Assembly: GCA_903821355.1 (NCBI GenBank)
Contig: CAIJKW010000022.1
Span: 423 to 64,422 of the forward strand
Reading direction: 5' to 3'
Length of the DNA: 64,000 nucleotides
From: an uncultured bacterium
Lineage (GTDB): Bacteria; Patescibacteriota; Minisyncoccia; Phycocordibacterales; CAIZLB01
Of the stretch, positions 26,702 through 36,904 are shown piece after piece. The notes below the pieces were generated by a model. The model searched no databases, was not told the DNA's origin, and worked only from the letters and a program-made list of their open reading frames with translations. The position numbers and the translations under genes were made by a program. Each line of letters opens with the position of its first letter. Positions within the stretch are counted from its first letter, which is position 1.

Positions 26702-27952
26702 ATGGTTTTCAAAACTAAAGAAAAAGATGTGACTGAGTCAGTTTATAGCAAAAAAAAGGTTTTTGTTGGTCTTTCTGGTGGTGTAGACTCATCTGTGTCA
26801 GCATATTTATTAAAAAAGGCAGGTTATGAGGTCACAGGAGTCTTTATAAAGGTGTGGCAACCAGAAAATGGTGATTGTACATGGAAAGAGGATAGAAGAG
26901 ACGCCATGAGGGTTGCAGCCAGCCTTGGTATTAAATTTCAGACCCTTGATTTACGCAATGAATACAAAAGTGGTGTGGTTGATTATATGATTGATGAATA
27001 TGCAAAAGGTAGAACTCCAAACCCCGATGTAATGTGTAATAAGGAGGTGAAGTTTGGCGCTTTTATGAATTGGGCACTTGCAAATGGAGCTGATTTTGTG
27101 GCAACCGGTCATTATGCGGAAACAAAAAATGGTGAAATGTTTGAAGGACAAGATGCTGGAAAAGACCAATCGTATTTTTTATGGACATTGAAAAGTGCCC
27201 AATTAGAAAAAATATTATTTCCAATTGGTCACTTAGAGAAAAGTGAGGTCAGAAAAATTGCCATTAAAAATAAAATTCCTGTTGCCCGTAAAAAAGACAG
27301 CCAGGGAGTTTGCTTTATCGGTCATATTGATATGAAAGATTTTATAAGGGAACACGTTTTAGCTAATACTAGTGGTAACCTTAAAAAGGAAGAAAAAAAT
27401 CAAACTATTTTCAAAGGTTTAACAGAAGGTGATGTTTTGGATATGGATGGTAATGTGATTGGTAAGCACGAAGGCTCTCTTCTTTACACAATCGGCGAAA
27501 GGCATGGATTGGCTTTAAGTAATAGCACAACAAACACACCAAGATTCTATGTTGTTAGCAAGGACGTTGAAAAAAACATAATAACCGTAGCAGAAAAAGA
27601 GCAAATTAAAAATGAAGGTGCAGGGTCAGTAAAAAAAATAATTTTTGACGATATTCATTTTATCTCACCTAAATACAAAGAGATTCTTTTGAGTGAGCCA
27701 ATAAATTGTTTGGGTAGAGCAAGATATAGACAAAAAAAAGAGAAATGTATCTTATCTTTCAAAAATAGTAAGTACGAAGTTGATTTTGTAAGACCTCAGG
27801 ACGGTATTACACCTGGGCAATCACTGGTAATTTATTTTGCAAATGAACTGATAAATGAATCGGCGGATGAGTCGTTAAAGGCTAATAAAAAAGATTATAA
27901 TGATACAACTACTGAAAAAGGTGCAAAAACTCTAGGTGGTGCTATAATCTAA
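26702..27952 (+). CDS. mnmA: tRNA-specific 2-thiouridylase MnmA
   Basis: VFVGLSGGVDSSVSAYLLKKAGYEVTGVFIKVW PP-loop. Catalytic Cys context CFIGHI. Confidence 0.9.
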   Translation: MVFKTKEKDVTESVYSKKKVFVGLSGGVDSSVSAYLLKKAGYEVTGVFIKVWQPENGDCTWKEDRRDAMRVAASLGIKFQTLDLRNEYKSGVVDYMIDEYAKGRTPNPDVMCNKEVKFGAFMNWALANGADFVATGHYAETKNGEMFEGQDAGKDQSYFLWTLKSAQLEKILFPIGHLEKSEVRKIAIKNKIPVARKKDSQGVCFIGHIDMKDFIREHVLANTSGNLKKEEKNQTIFKGLTEGDVLDMDGNVIGKHEGSLLYTIGERHGLALSNSTTNTPRFYVVSKDVEKNIITVAEKEQIKNEGAGSVKKIIFDDIHFISPKYKEILLSEPINCLGRARYRQKKEKCILSFKNSKYEVDFVRPQDGITPGQSLVIYFANELINESADESLKANKKDYNDTTTEKGAKTLGGAII

Positions 27953-28008
27953 GAAATTTTAAGCAGGACTGTTATTTAAACACATAAGTGTAACCAATCA
28001 ATACAAAT

Positions 28009-28908
28009 ATGAACCCCATTTTCATCCAAAAAGCAGATGGAACCAGTGAAGAATTTGACATAGTGAAACTTAAGGAATCATTGGTTAAATCTGGTGCTCA
28101 ACCAACTGTTACAGACAAAATAATCAGAAAAATAACGGAAGACTTAAAGGCTAAGTCAGAAAAGATGGGCAAGAAAGCAGTTTGTGATGCTACCCAGATA
28201 TACAAACAAGCTTTTGCAATGCTAAAGAAGATGTCAATTTCTGCGGCGGCTAGATACTCGTTAAGAAGATCAATAATGGAAATAGGCCCAACGGGTTTTC
28301 CGTTTGAAGACTTTGTTGCGGAAATATTTAAAGCGCAAGGCTATCAAACATTAACAGATCAAATGGTTTTGGGAAAATGTGTTCCTCATGAAGTTGATGT
28401 AATAGCTTGGAATGAACAAAAGCTACTTATGGCGGAGGTTAAATATCATAACGAGTTAGCAGGCAAAACTGATTTAAAAGTTGCTTTATACGTTAAAGCA
28501 AGATTTGATGATTTATCACAAAACAAATATCAATATACGGAAGGAGTTCCCGCAAGAAAGTTAGATGAGGGATGGCTTGTCACAAACACAAAATTTACTG
28601 AATCGGCCATAAATTATGGTGAATGTAGCAAGATGAAACTATTAAGTTGGAATTATCCACAAGAGGGAAATCTTCTGGATTTAATAGAAAAAAACAAACT
28701 ACATCCCGTAACTTGTTTAACGTCCTTAACAGCACTAGACAAGAAATCTCTAATTGGAAGAAAAATTCTTTTATGTAAGGAGCTGTATGATAGCAAAAAA
28801 TCTATGAAAGAGTTGGGTATGTCAGAAGCTAAAATATTTAAAACTTATTCTGAAATTGGAACAATTTTTGGAGAATTAGATGGTGTCGAGGTAGCTTTGA
28901 ACTCTTAG
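28009..28908 (+). CDS. ATP-cone domain fused to a Mrr/restriction-endonuclease-like (PD-(D/E)xK) domain
   Basis: N-terminus MNPIFIQKADGTSEEFDIVKLKESL is ATP-cone-like. FEDFVAEIFKAQGYQ...HEVDVIAWNEQKLLMAEVKYH...WLVTNTKFTESA matches the Mrr_cat pattern. Confidence 0.55.
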   Translation: MNPIFIQKADGTSEEFDIVKLKESLVKSGAQPTVTDKIIRKITEDLKAKSEKMGKKAVCDATQIYKQAFAMLKKMSISAAARYSLRRSIMEIGPTGFPFEDFVAEIFKAQGYQTLTDQMVLGKCVPHEVDVIAWNEQKLLMAEVKYHNELAGKTDLKVALYVKARFDDLSQNKYQYTEGVPARKLDEGWLVTNTKFTESAINYGECSKMKLLSWNYPQEGNLLDLIEKNKLHPVTCLTSLTALDKKSLIGRKILLCKELYDSKKSMKELGMSEAKIFKTYSEIGTIFGELDGVEVALNS

Positions 28909-28930
28909 AAAAATCTGATATCCTTAGCCC

Positions 28931-30763
28931 ATGACTAAAATCAATACTAAGGCTGTAAATCAGGTTAAAAAAAATAACGAAGCAAATAAGCTCTTCTTTA
29001 GAACAGGATGGGATTTTTCTGGGCTATATAAATCAGACACAGACCCTAAAATTGAGAAGGACGTGTCTATGATTGAAGAAAAATTCAAAGCTTTTGCTAA
29101 GAAATATTCTAATAAGAAATATCTAAATTCCACCAAAACTATTTTAAGTGCGCTAAAAGATTGGGAAAAGTTACAAGAAGAAGCTGGACTCGCTAAGCCT
29201 GTCTGGTATTTAGGTAGATTAAATGATCTTGATTCTTCAAATCAACAAAGAAAAGCTAAAACAAATTTGTTAAGTGCAAAAATAACCAAAGCAGGCAATG
29301 AGATTATATTTTTTACTCTATCCTTGTCCAAGCTGGATGTTAAGTTACAAAAACAAATTTTAGCAGACAAAAATTTTGCTCCATATAAATATTATTTGAA
29401 AAAGCTTTTTGACGAAGGAAAACACTTGCTTTCTGAACCTGAAGAAAAAATTATAAATCTTAAGAGTCAGATTACCTATAAGATGTGGGTTGATGCACAA
29501 AAAAAACTTTTAAATCAGCAAACTGTTAAATTTAAGGGTAAAGATTTGCCTATTGCAGAAGCGTTAGCAATGAGGCATCAGCTTGGTTATAAAGAAAGAC
29601 ATGAATTACACAACAAGGTGATACCAATTTTGAAGTCAATAAGCCACATGGCTGAAGCTGAAATTGTTGCCGTATATACAGACAAAAAGATAGAGGATGA
29701 GCTCCGAGGTTACAAGACGGCTTATCAATCAACGGTTGAAGCTTATGAAAATGATTTGGAAACTGTGGAGAATTTAGTTAAAGTCATAAACGCAAACATG
29801 AAGACATCACACAGATTCTTCAAGGCCAGAGCTAAATTACTTGGTTTAAAAAAATTAAGTACAGCTGACATGTATGCTCCAGCTGTTAAATCATCAGAGA
29901 AAAAAATAGATTTGTCAGAAATTTTAAATAAAACAATAGAAAGTTTTAATAAAATTAAACCAGAATATGGTGATTATGTTAGAAATTATGCAAAAAATGG
30001 CCAAATAGATTTTTTGCCAAAAAAAGGGAAGAGGGGCGGAGCATATTGTGCCAGCGCTCGTTCTATACCCACTTGTGTATTGATGAATGTTACCGGAAGT
30101 GTCGATGATATCTGTACGCTTTCTCATGAAATGGGCCACGCTATACATTCTGAATTAACAAAGACGCAACCTGTTTTGTATGATGGATGTACAATTTCTG
30201 TTGCAGAAGTAGCCAGTACTTTTTTTGAACAACTTGTGATTGATGATTTGATTGAAAATGCTGAAAATGACCAGGAGAGATTAAGGCTTCTTGATGAAAA
30301 AATGAAGGGCGATATAGGTACAATATTTAGACAGATTTCATACTTTAATTATGAATTAGCGTTGCATACAAAAATAAGAAAAGATGGTAGTGCATCAAAA
30401 GAAGAGATGGCCTCAATGTTCCTTGATGAATCAAAAAGATTCGCTGGGCCAGTTTTGTCACCGGCAGAAGATGATGGTTATGCTTTCATTTACATTCCTC
30501 ACCTTAGGTACTTCTTTTATGTTTATAGTTATGCCCTTGGCCAAATAATAAGTAGAGCTCTCGTTGCAAAGTATAAATCTGATAATAGCTTTATTGAAAA
30601 GGTAGAAGAGTTTCTAAAGGCCGGCCAGTCTATGTCACCAAGAGATATCTTCTTAAAAACAGGAATTGACATTGCTGATCCAAAGTTTATTCAGGCCGGC
30701 CTTGATGCTGTGGAGAAGGATGTTAAAAAATACGAAGAGGTGGTGAATAAATTGAAAAAGTAG
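28931..30763 (+). CDS. pepF: Oligoendopeptidase F (M3B family)
   Basis: HEMGHAIH zinc motif. Size and layout of PepF. Confidence 0.85.
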   Translation: MTKINTKAVNQVKKNNEANKLFFRTGWDFSGLYKSDTDPKIEKDVSMIEEKFKAFAKKYSNKKYLNSTKTILSALKDWEKLQEEAGLAKPVWYLGRLNDLDSSNQQRKAKTNLLSAKITKAGNEIIFFTLSLSKLDVKLQKQILADKNFAPYKYYLKKLFDEGKHLLSEPEEKIINLKSQITYKMWVDAQKKLLNQQTVKFKGKDLPIAEALAMRHQLGYKERHELHNKVIPILKSISHMAEAEIVAVYTDKKIEDELRGYKTAYQSTVEAYENDLETVENLVKVINANMKTSHRFFKARAKLLGLKKLSTADMYAPAVKSSEKKIDLSEILNKTIESFNKIKPEYGDYVRNYAKNGQIDFLPKKGKRGGAYCASARSIPTCVLMNVTGSVDDICTLSHEMGHAIHSELTKTQPVLYDGCTISVAEVASTFFEQLVIDDLIENAENDQERLRLLDEKMKGDIGTIFRQISYFNYELALHTKIRKDGSASKEEMASMFLDESKRFAGPVLSPAEDDGYAFIYIPHLRYFFYVYSYALGQIISRALVAKYKSDNSFIEKVEEFLKAGQSMSPRDIFLKTGIDIADPKFIQAGLDAVEKDVKKYEEVVNKLKK

Positions 30764-30786
30764 CCAATTATGCTATATTAGACAGC

Positions 30787-32607
30787 ATGAATTCTAAAGA
30801 AATACGCCAGAAGTACCTAGGTTTTTTTGAAAAAAGGGGTCACGCTATTTTACCAAGCACATCTCTTGTTCCAGAAAATGACCCCTCAGTTCTATTTAAC
30901 ACCGCGGGCATGCAACCACTCGTTCCACATCTTTTGGGTGAAAAGCATCCGCTTGGAAAGCGTCTTACAAGTATACAAAAGTGTGTCAGAACAATAGATC
31001 TTGAGTCTGTTGGTGACAACTCGCATGCTACTTTTTTTGAGATGATGGGCAACTGGTCACTTGGCGATTATTTCAAAAAGGAATCCATCAATTGGAGTTT
31101 TGAACTCCTTACATCCAAAGAAGGCTTTGGTCTCGATGCAAATAGACTATACGTAACTTGTTTTGAAGGTGATGAAAATGCACCAAAGGATGAAGAAAGT
31201 GCCGGTATTTGGAAAGAGATTTTTGATAAGAATGGTGTAAAAGGGAACAGAATATTTTTTATGTCTGCTGAAGATAATTGGTGGAGCGCAGGGGATAACA
31301 GCCCATGTGGTGCTGATACAGAGATTTTTTATGATCTAACAAATTCTCACAAAGAAGGTCTGACACATGAAGAATTTATTAAAGCCAATTCTGCCCAAGA
31401 ACTTGTTGAAATCTGGAACAATGTTTTCATGGAGTACGAGAAGAAAGATGGAAAGATTATTGGAAAGTTGGCAAATAAAAATGTTGACACAGGTGCTGGT
31501 TTTGAGAGATTCGCCATGGTTTTGAATGGCAAAGATAACTTCTACGATACAGATCTTTTTGATGAAATTTTTTCAAAAATTGAAGAACAAAAAACTGAAT
31601 TATCAGTGAATTCAGCTTTGAGCGAAAAAGAAGCTCTTCGTGTAAAAAGAATTATTGCAGATCATATAAGAACGTCTGTTATGCTTATTTCAGATGGAGT
31701 AACTCCTTCAAACACTGATCAAGGTTATATTCTAAGAAGATTATTGAGACGCGCTGTTAGATTTGCAGATAATTTGGGACTTAAAAAAGGTTCTTTGTTC
31801 TGGATAGCGGACGCTGTTGTAAGCACGTATGCTGATATTTATGAAAATGTTGCAAAACAAAGAGAAACTATCAAGGTTACAATAGATACTGAAGAGCAAA
31901 AATTTAGGAACACTCTTTCTCATGGACTGAAAGAATTTGATAGAATCGTTAAAAAAATGGAAGGTGATACGATAAGCGGAAAAGATGCTTTTGTGTTATT
32001 TAGTACCTATGGTTTTCCAATTGAAATGACAATAGAGATGGCAGGAGAAATCGAGAAAAAAATAGACAGAGAAGACTTTGACGAAGAAATGAAGAAGCAC
32101 CAGGATCTATCAAGATCGGGTGCTGGGCAAAAATTTAAGGGTGGAATGGGGGACACGAGTGATATATCGATTAAATACCATACAGCTACTCATCTTTTGC
32201 ATCAGGCACTAAGAGAAGTTCTTGGAACTCACGTCTCACAAAAGGGAAGTAATATTACTCCAGATAGACTGCGTTTTGATTTTGCTCATACGGCAAAAAT
32301 GACCGATGAAGAAAAACAGCGCGTTGAAGATATCGTAAATAAAAAAATTGAGGAATCTTTGCCTGTTAATGTCGTAGAATTGCCATTTGCTGAAGCTGAA
32401 AAAACTGGTGCCCTTCACTTCTTTGGTGAAAAGTATGGAGATAAGGTGACCCTTTATTATATTGGCGATACAATCGATGAGGCATTTTCTAAAGAATTTT
32501 GTGGAGGTCCGCACGTAAAAAATACATCAGAACTTGGTCACTTTAAAATTCAAAAGGAAGAGGCGGTAGCACAAGGGGTGAGACGTATAAAGGCGGTCCT
32601 ATCCTAG
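30787..32607 (+). CDS. alaS: Alanine--tRNA ligase, short form lacking the C-terminal C-Ala domain
   Basis: FFEKRGHAILPSTSLVP...FNTAGMQPLVPH... N-terminal catalytic core. Editing-domain HTATHLLHQALREVLG. Ends at about 606 aa. Confidence 0.9.
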   Translation: MNSKEIRQKYLGFFEKRGHAILPSTSLVPENDPSVLFNTAGMQPLVPHLLGEKHPLGKRLTSIQKCVRTIDLESVGDNSHATFFEMMGNWSLGDYFKKESINWSFELLTSKEGFGLDANRLYVTCFEGDENAPKDEESAGIWKEIFDKNGVKGNRIFFMSAEDNWWSAGDNSPCGADTEIFYDLTNSHKEGLTHEEFIKANSAQELVEIWNNVFMEYEKKDGKIIGKLANKNVDTGAGFERFAMVLNGKDNFYDTDLFDEIFSKIEEQKTELSVNSALSEKEALRVKRIIADHIRTSVMLISDGVTPSNTDQGYILRRLLRRAVRFADNLGLKKGSLFWIADAVVSTYADIYENVAKQRETIKVTIDTEEQKFRNTLSHGLKEFDRIVKKMEGDTISGKDAFVLFSTYGFPIEMTIEMAGEIEKKIDREDFDEEMKKHQDLSRSGAGQKFKGGMGDTSDISIKYHTATHLLHQALREVLGTHVSQKGSNITPDRLRFDFAHTAKMTDEEKQRVEDIVNKKIEESLPVNVVELPFAEAEKTGALHFFGEKYGDKVTLYYIGDTIDEAFSKEFCGGPHVKNTSELGHFKIQKEEAVAQGVRRIKAVLS

Positions 32608-32738
32608 AGTCACTCTTGAAACTTTTGTTTTTCATTTATGTATTTGTATTTCTTTCTATATTTTTGGAATTAATGAATATGTATATTATCTGGATCTCGT
32701 GTATACATTTTCTAAAAATCTTTGCTATAATATCACTA

Positions 32739-33950
32739 ATGAAATCTAACACATCTATAATTGCCTATGTCGGAAACGGAGTTGTTAAAGGTGGTTTGGT
32801 TTATCATGAAAAAGGTAAAAACCCAATCGTCCTGTCTGCCAGAAAAAGAGATTTAAAATATTACGACGAAAGAGACAGGGACCACATAGAAACTCTTATA
32901 TTGTCGGAGTTTGAGACTTTGATGAAAGAAATTAAGACAGAAGATTTTCCAAAACTACACAATAAAAAATGTGGGAAGCCTGATAGCGCTCTAATAATTT
33001 TGGCTTCTCCTTGGTATTTATCGGAGACAAACACTATTAAAATGCAAGAATCCAAGCCTTTTTTGGTAACAGAAGATTTGATGAATAAGGCGACATCTAA
33101 CATTATAAAAGCTTATAAAGGTGAGAGAGATAATATAACTGTTCTAGAACAAAATTTCTTATCTGTGGTTGTGAATGGTTATAATATTTCAAATCCTATT
33201 GGCAAGAAGGTTAAAGATCTTGATGTAAATGTTTTTACGAGTTATGCAAGGGCCGATTCTATTAAAAAGATTGAGGATATTGTTAGTAGTAATTTCCACA
33301 TGCACAATATTCATATTCACTCTCAGTCCCTTGTATCATTTTCAGCAATTAATGATTTGTACACAGATCTTAAAGATTATACTGTCATAGATATAACGTC
33401 TGTTCTTACTGAGGTTTTGATTGTGAAAGAAAACATCCTTAGAGATACAGCCTCTTTTCCTCTCGGAAGATATTCTCTAATGCAAAGCGTATCAGAAACG
33501 ATAAATCCAAAACCTGCCGATTCTACCCCAGATGGATCAAACCCAACATTATTATCACTTGATGCAACTGAATCATTAATTGAATCGTATGCAAATAATA
33601 AATTAGAGCCTGAACTAGGACAAAGAGTCGGCTCCGCAATAAAAATAGCTGAGAAAGACTGGCTAAATAGTTTTTCTTCCGTTTTAAGGCAAATTACAGT
33701 TAATGGGGCTTTGCCTAAGGATGTATTTTTGTTTGCAAAATATGATATTGCCAATATTTTTAAACAGTTTATTGAAAATGAGGAGTATCAACAATTTGCC
33801 TTAACATCGGGAAAATTTGACATAAAAATTGTAAGTCCAAAAGACGCATCTTCTGTTTGTGATATAGACAAGGACGCAAATACAGACCAAGACCTAGATA
33901 TTTCAATCGTTATAGGTGCACTTTTCAACAACAAAAAATTATTTGCTTAA
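32739..33950 (+). CDS. Hypothetical protein, possibly actin-like ATPase fold (FtsA/PilM-like)
   Basis: Start chosen at MKSNTSIIAYVGNGVVKGG. Upstream codons are an AT-rich hydrophobic run. An extended -10 box sits just upstream (32722-32730). Family assignment is weak. Confidence 0.35.
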   Translation: MKSNTSIIAYVGNGVVKGGLVYHEKGKNPIVLSARKRDLKYYDERDRDHIETLILSEFETLMKEIKTEDFPKLHNKKCGKPDSALIILASPWYLSETNTIKMQESKPFLVTEDLMNKATSNIIKAYKGERDNITVLEQNFLSVVVNGYNISNPIGKKVKDLDVNVFTSYARADSIKKIEDIVSSNFHMHNIHIHSQSLVSFSAINDLYTDLKDYTVIDITSVLTEVLIVKENILRDTASFPLGRYSLMQSVSETINPKPADSTPDGSNPTLLSLDATESLIESYANNKLEPELGQRVGSAIKIAEKDWLNSFSSVLRQITVNGALPKDVFLFAKYDIANIFKQFIENEEYQQFALTSGKFDIKIVSPKDASSVCDIDKDANTDQDLDISIVIGALFNNKKLFA

Positions 33951-33982
33951 AAATCAATTGAGTTTCGTGTTATATTTATATT

Positions 33983-35557
33983 ATGACCAAGAAATCTAAA
34001 TTTTACGATATAGTCCCTAAGGAAAGTAAATCAATACGCAATATTCCTATTCCAGAAAAAGGAAAGGCCGATGATGAAGGATACATAGAATCTAACGAAT
34101 TGCATCAAGGGGTTGAGATGAGTAGAAAAAACAGGCATTCTGCAAGCAAGGACTCTTTGAACAAAAATGCTGTTAAGAAGCACAATCATGAGGAATCATC
34201 TAGTGTCGAAATTAAGAAGCTGGAGAGACCTATAACTAATGTTAATGAATATAATGAAGATGAGTATATTGAAATTATAGACCATAAGACTTCAGATGAT
34301 GATATTGTTGAAGAAGTTCACATGCTTGGAGAAAATAAGGAACAAATAGAGAAGACTAAAATTCCTGCTTTAGCTGAAACCGAAAATGAAGATTTTAGCG
34401 ATTATACAAAAAACACCATAAACAATGGTCGTGATAGAAAGTATTTCTTTACGGGATTTTTTCGTGGTTCATATAAGTTACCTATATTGATTTTTATAAT
34501 TCTAATTGTGTGTTTTTTCGGTTTAACATTATTTAGTTCTGCAACCGTTATTATTAAGACTGAAGACCTTAAGGCTTCTTTGGGCTCCGGATATAATTTT
34601 GATGCAGGCGATGGGGAAGTTTTGCAATCCACTTCATCGGATTCAATAAGTACTGATGCAAACGGAACTGTTAAACTAAATAAAAAATCAACCGGAACTG
34701 TGGTTATTTTCAACAACACAAGCGCAAGCCAAAAACTTACAAAAGGAACAAGAATGCAGACACCTGCTGGTTTAGTTTACTTACTTGATGCCGCCGTCAC
34801 TGTGCCAGCTAAAAAAACAGTGGCCAAAAAAGCTGTTTTAGGTAGTGTCACAACAACAGTTACAGCTGAGGCTGTTGGCGATAAATACAATTCTGGCCCA
34901 AAGGACTTTACGTTTGTCGGATTCAAGGGCACTGCTAAGTTTGATACTATATATGGTAGATCAAAAGGAAATCTTGCTGGTGGATTTTCAGGTGATGTTC
35001 CTAATATTTCTCAAAAGGATCTTGCAAGCCAAATCGCTGATGCTAAGGATAAAATGAAGGACACCTTACTTTCCTTATTAAAAAAACAGGCTGATTCTAG
35101 ATATTTGATTATTAATAATGATACTCTTCAATATAAAATAATAAATTCAGAAACTAGACTTTCTGATGATAAAAAACAGGCAGTGGTGAAAATTGACGGA
35201 TCCCTTCAAGCTGAAACCCTATTAAATGCTTCCATGACTGATGCTTCTAAGACCATCTTGGGTGCAGAAGATGTAAATGGCTTTAAATATGAAGTTAATT
35301 TATCATCAAGTACTATAGATATATCTAATTCAACATCTACTGGTAACGGACAAATAACGGCTACAGGAGATGTTCAGGTTGGAGTATCTGTAAATAAGGA
35401 CGAATTGGCAAAAAGCTTACAAAATAAAGGCAAAAAAGAGGCTTTAGCCCTACTTCAACAAACTAAAGGAATAACTTATGCTCAAATTAAGATTTTTCCT
35501 TTCTGGAAGACGGCTCTACCAAAGGCGAAGGGGATAACTATACTTGTGCAAGATTAA
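33983..35557 (+). CDS. Hypothetical bitopic membrane protein with acidic cytoplasmic N-terminus and large S/T-rich external domain
   Basis: Single TM (LPILIFIILIVCFFGLTLF) near residue 180. Confidence 0.45.
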   Translation: MTKKSKFYDIVPKESKSIRNIPIPEKGKADDEGYIESNELHQGVEMSRKNRHSASKDSLNKNAVKKHNHEESSSVEIKKLERPITNVNEYNEDEYIEIIDHKTSDDDIVEEVHMLGENKEQIEKTKIPALAETENEDFSDYTKNTINNGRDRKYFFTGFFRGSYKLPILIFIILIVCFFGLTLFSSATVIIKTEDLKASLGSGYNFDAGDGEVLQSTSSDSISTDANGTVKLNKKSTGTVVIFNNTSASQKLTKGTRMQTPAGLVYLLDAAVTVPAKKTVAKKAVLGSVTTTVTAEAVGDKYNSGPKDFTFVGFKGTAKFDTIYGRSKGNLAGGFSGDVPNISQKDLASQIADAKDKMKDTLLSLLKKQADSRYLIINNDTLQYKIINSETRLSDDKKQAVVKIDGSLQAETLLNASMTDASKTILGAEDVNGFKYEVNLSSSTIDISNSTSTGNGQITATGDVQVGVSVNKDELAKSLQNKGKKEALALLQQTKGITYAQIKIFPFWKTALPKAKGITILVQD

Positions 35558-35585
35558 ATATCGTGCTAGTCTAATGCTTATACAA

Positions 35586-35807
35586 ATGGATGCATCAAAA
35601 CAAGGCAAGAAGCTGTTCCAAGGAATCGTCACAGAATCATTACCTGATACACATTTCAGAGTAAAGTTATTGGACGAGGACAAGGAAATAATGACGTATC
35701 TTGGCGGTAAAATGAAAATCAATAGAATCCGTATATTTATCGGAGATAAGGTAACTGTCGAGATAGATCAATACGGAGGAAAGGGTAGAATTGTCCGCCG
35801 AATGTAA
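35586..35807 (+). CDS. infA: Translation initiation factor IF-1
   Basis: FQGIVTESLPDTHFRVKLLDEDKEIMTYLGGKMKINRIRIFIGDKVTVEIDQYGGKGRIVRR aligns with the IF-1 S1-like fold. Confidence 0.85.
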   Translation: MDASKQGKKLFQGIVTESLPDTHFRVKLLDEDKEIMTYLGGKMKINRIRIFIGDKVTVEIDQYGGKGRIVRRM

Positions 35808-35921
35808 CAAAATAATGTAAACCGGGAGGAGCGACCCGCACGTGTATTATCGTGTATATAATAAAGCTTTACATTATTTTGGAATTATAGTAGTATCGTT
35901 TTCACGACTTTAAATAATAAT

Positions 35922-36038
35922 ATGAAAGTAAAAGCATCCGTCAAAAAGCGTTGTGTAAAGTGTAGAACCGTCAGAAGAGACGGTGTTGTGCGTGTAATTT
36001 GCCCAGCAAACGCTAGACACAAGCAAAGACAGGGCTAA
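35922..36038 (+). CDS. rpmJ: 50S ribosomal protein L36
   Basis: Not in the ORF track (38 aa). [38 protein letters not shown] is a canonical L36 zinc ribbon. Confidence 0.85.
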   Translation: MKVKASVKKRCVKCRTVRRDGVVRVICPANARHKQRQG

Positions 36039-36061
36039 GGTTTCGGTAATCATAAAAATAT

Positions 36062-36439
36062 ATGCGTATCCTTGGTATAACTATTCCCGAAGAAAAAAGA
36101 ATTGAAATGGCCTTAACGGCGATATTTGGTATTGGCCGTGCAAGAGCTCATAAAATTTTAGATGAGGCTGGTGTTGAATTTGGTAAAAAGCCAAAAGATT
36201 TAACTGCTGATGAAGAAGGTAAAATTCGTCAAATTATTGAATCATTCAAGCTAGAAGCTGATCTAAAGCGTGAGGTTGGTGCAAACATCAAGAGACTTAA
36301 GGATATTAAGTCTTACAGAGGATTGCGTCACTCTCGTAGATTGCCTGCGCGTGGTCAGCGTACAAAGACAAATGCCAGAACTCTTAAGGGTCCTAAGAAG
36401 ACTATGGGTTCAGGTAAGAAGAAAGAGTCTAAGAAATAA
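36062..36439 (+). CDS. rpsM: 30S ribosomal protein S13
   Basis: MRILGITIPEEKRIEMALTAIFGIGRARAHKIL... Confidence 0.95.
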   Translation: MRILGITIPEEKRIEMALTAIFGIGRARAHKILDEAGVEFGKKPKDLTADEEGKIRQIIESFKLEADLKREVGANIKRLKDIKSYRGLRHSRRLPARGQRTKTNARTLKGPKKTMGSGKKKESKK

Positions 36440-36457
36440 TTTTAATTTATAATCAAT

Positions 36458-36883
36458 ATGGGAAAGAAGAGAATTGTAACAGCCGGAAAGAATTCTGAAG
36501 GCGCAAAAAAGACATCGACAGCTTCATCAAAAAAGAAGATGGATTCTGGTATCCTTTGTATTCAGTCAACTTACAATAACACAAAAGTTATTTTAACTGA
36601 CGTTAAGGGTAATGCGGTAGCTTGGTCATCATCGGGTTCACTTGGTTTTAAAGGTGCAAAAAAGGGTACTCCTTTTGCAGCTGCAAAAGTTGGTGAGCTT
36701 CTAGCTGATAAGGCAATAGCAATGGGAGTCAAAGAAGTATCGGCTGTGGTTAAGGGTGTTGGTTCAGGTAGAGAATCAGCAATTAGAGCATTTATTAGTA
36801 AAGGAATCAGTATATCTTCTGTAAAAGATGCCACTGGTGTTCCTTTTAATGGCCCTAAAGCAAAAAAGCCAAGACGTGTATAG
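36458..36883 (+). CDS. rpsK: 30S ribosomal protein S11
   Basis: ILCIQSTYNNTKVILTDVKGNAVAWSSSGSLGFKGAKKGTPFAA... Confidence 0.95.
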   Translation: MGKKRIVTAGKNSEGAKKTSTASSKKKMDSGILCIQSTYNNTKVILTDVKGNAVAWSSSGSLGFKGAKKGTPFAAAKVGELLADKAIAMGVKEVSAVVKGVGSGRESAIRAFISKGISISSVKDATGVPFNGPKAKKPRRV

Positions 36884-36904
36884 TCTTTAAATAAAGATAA
36901 AACT

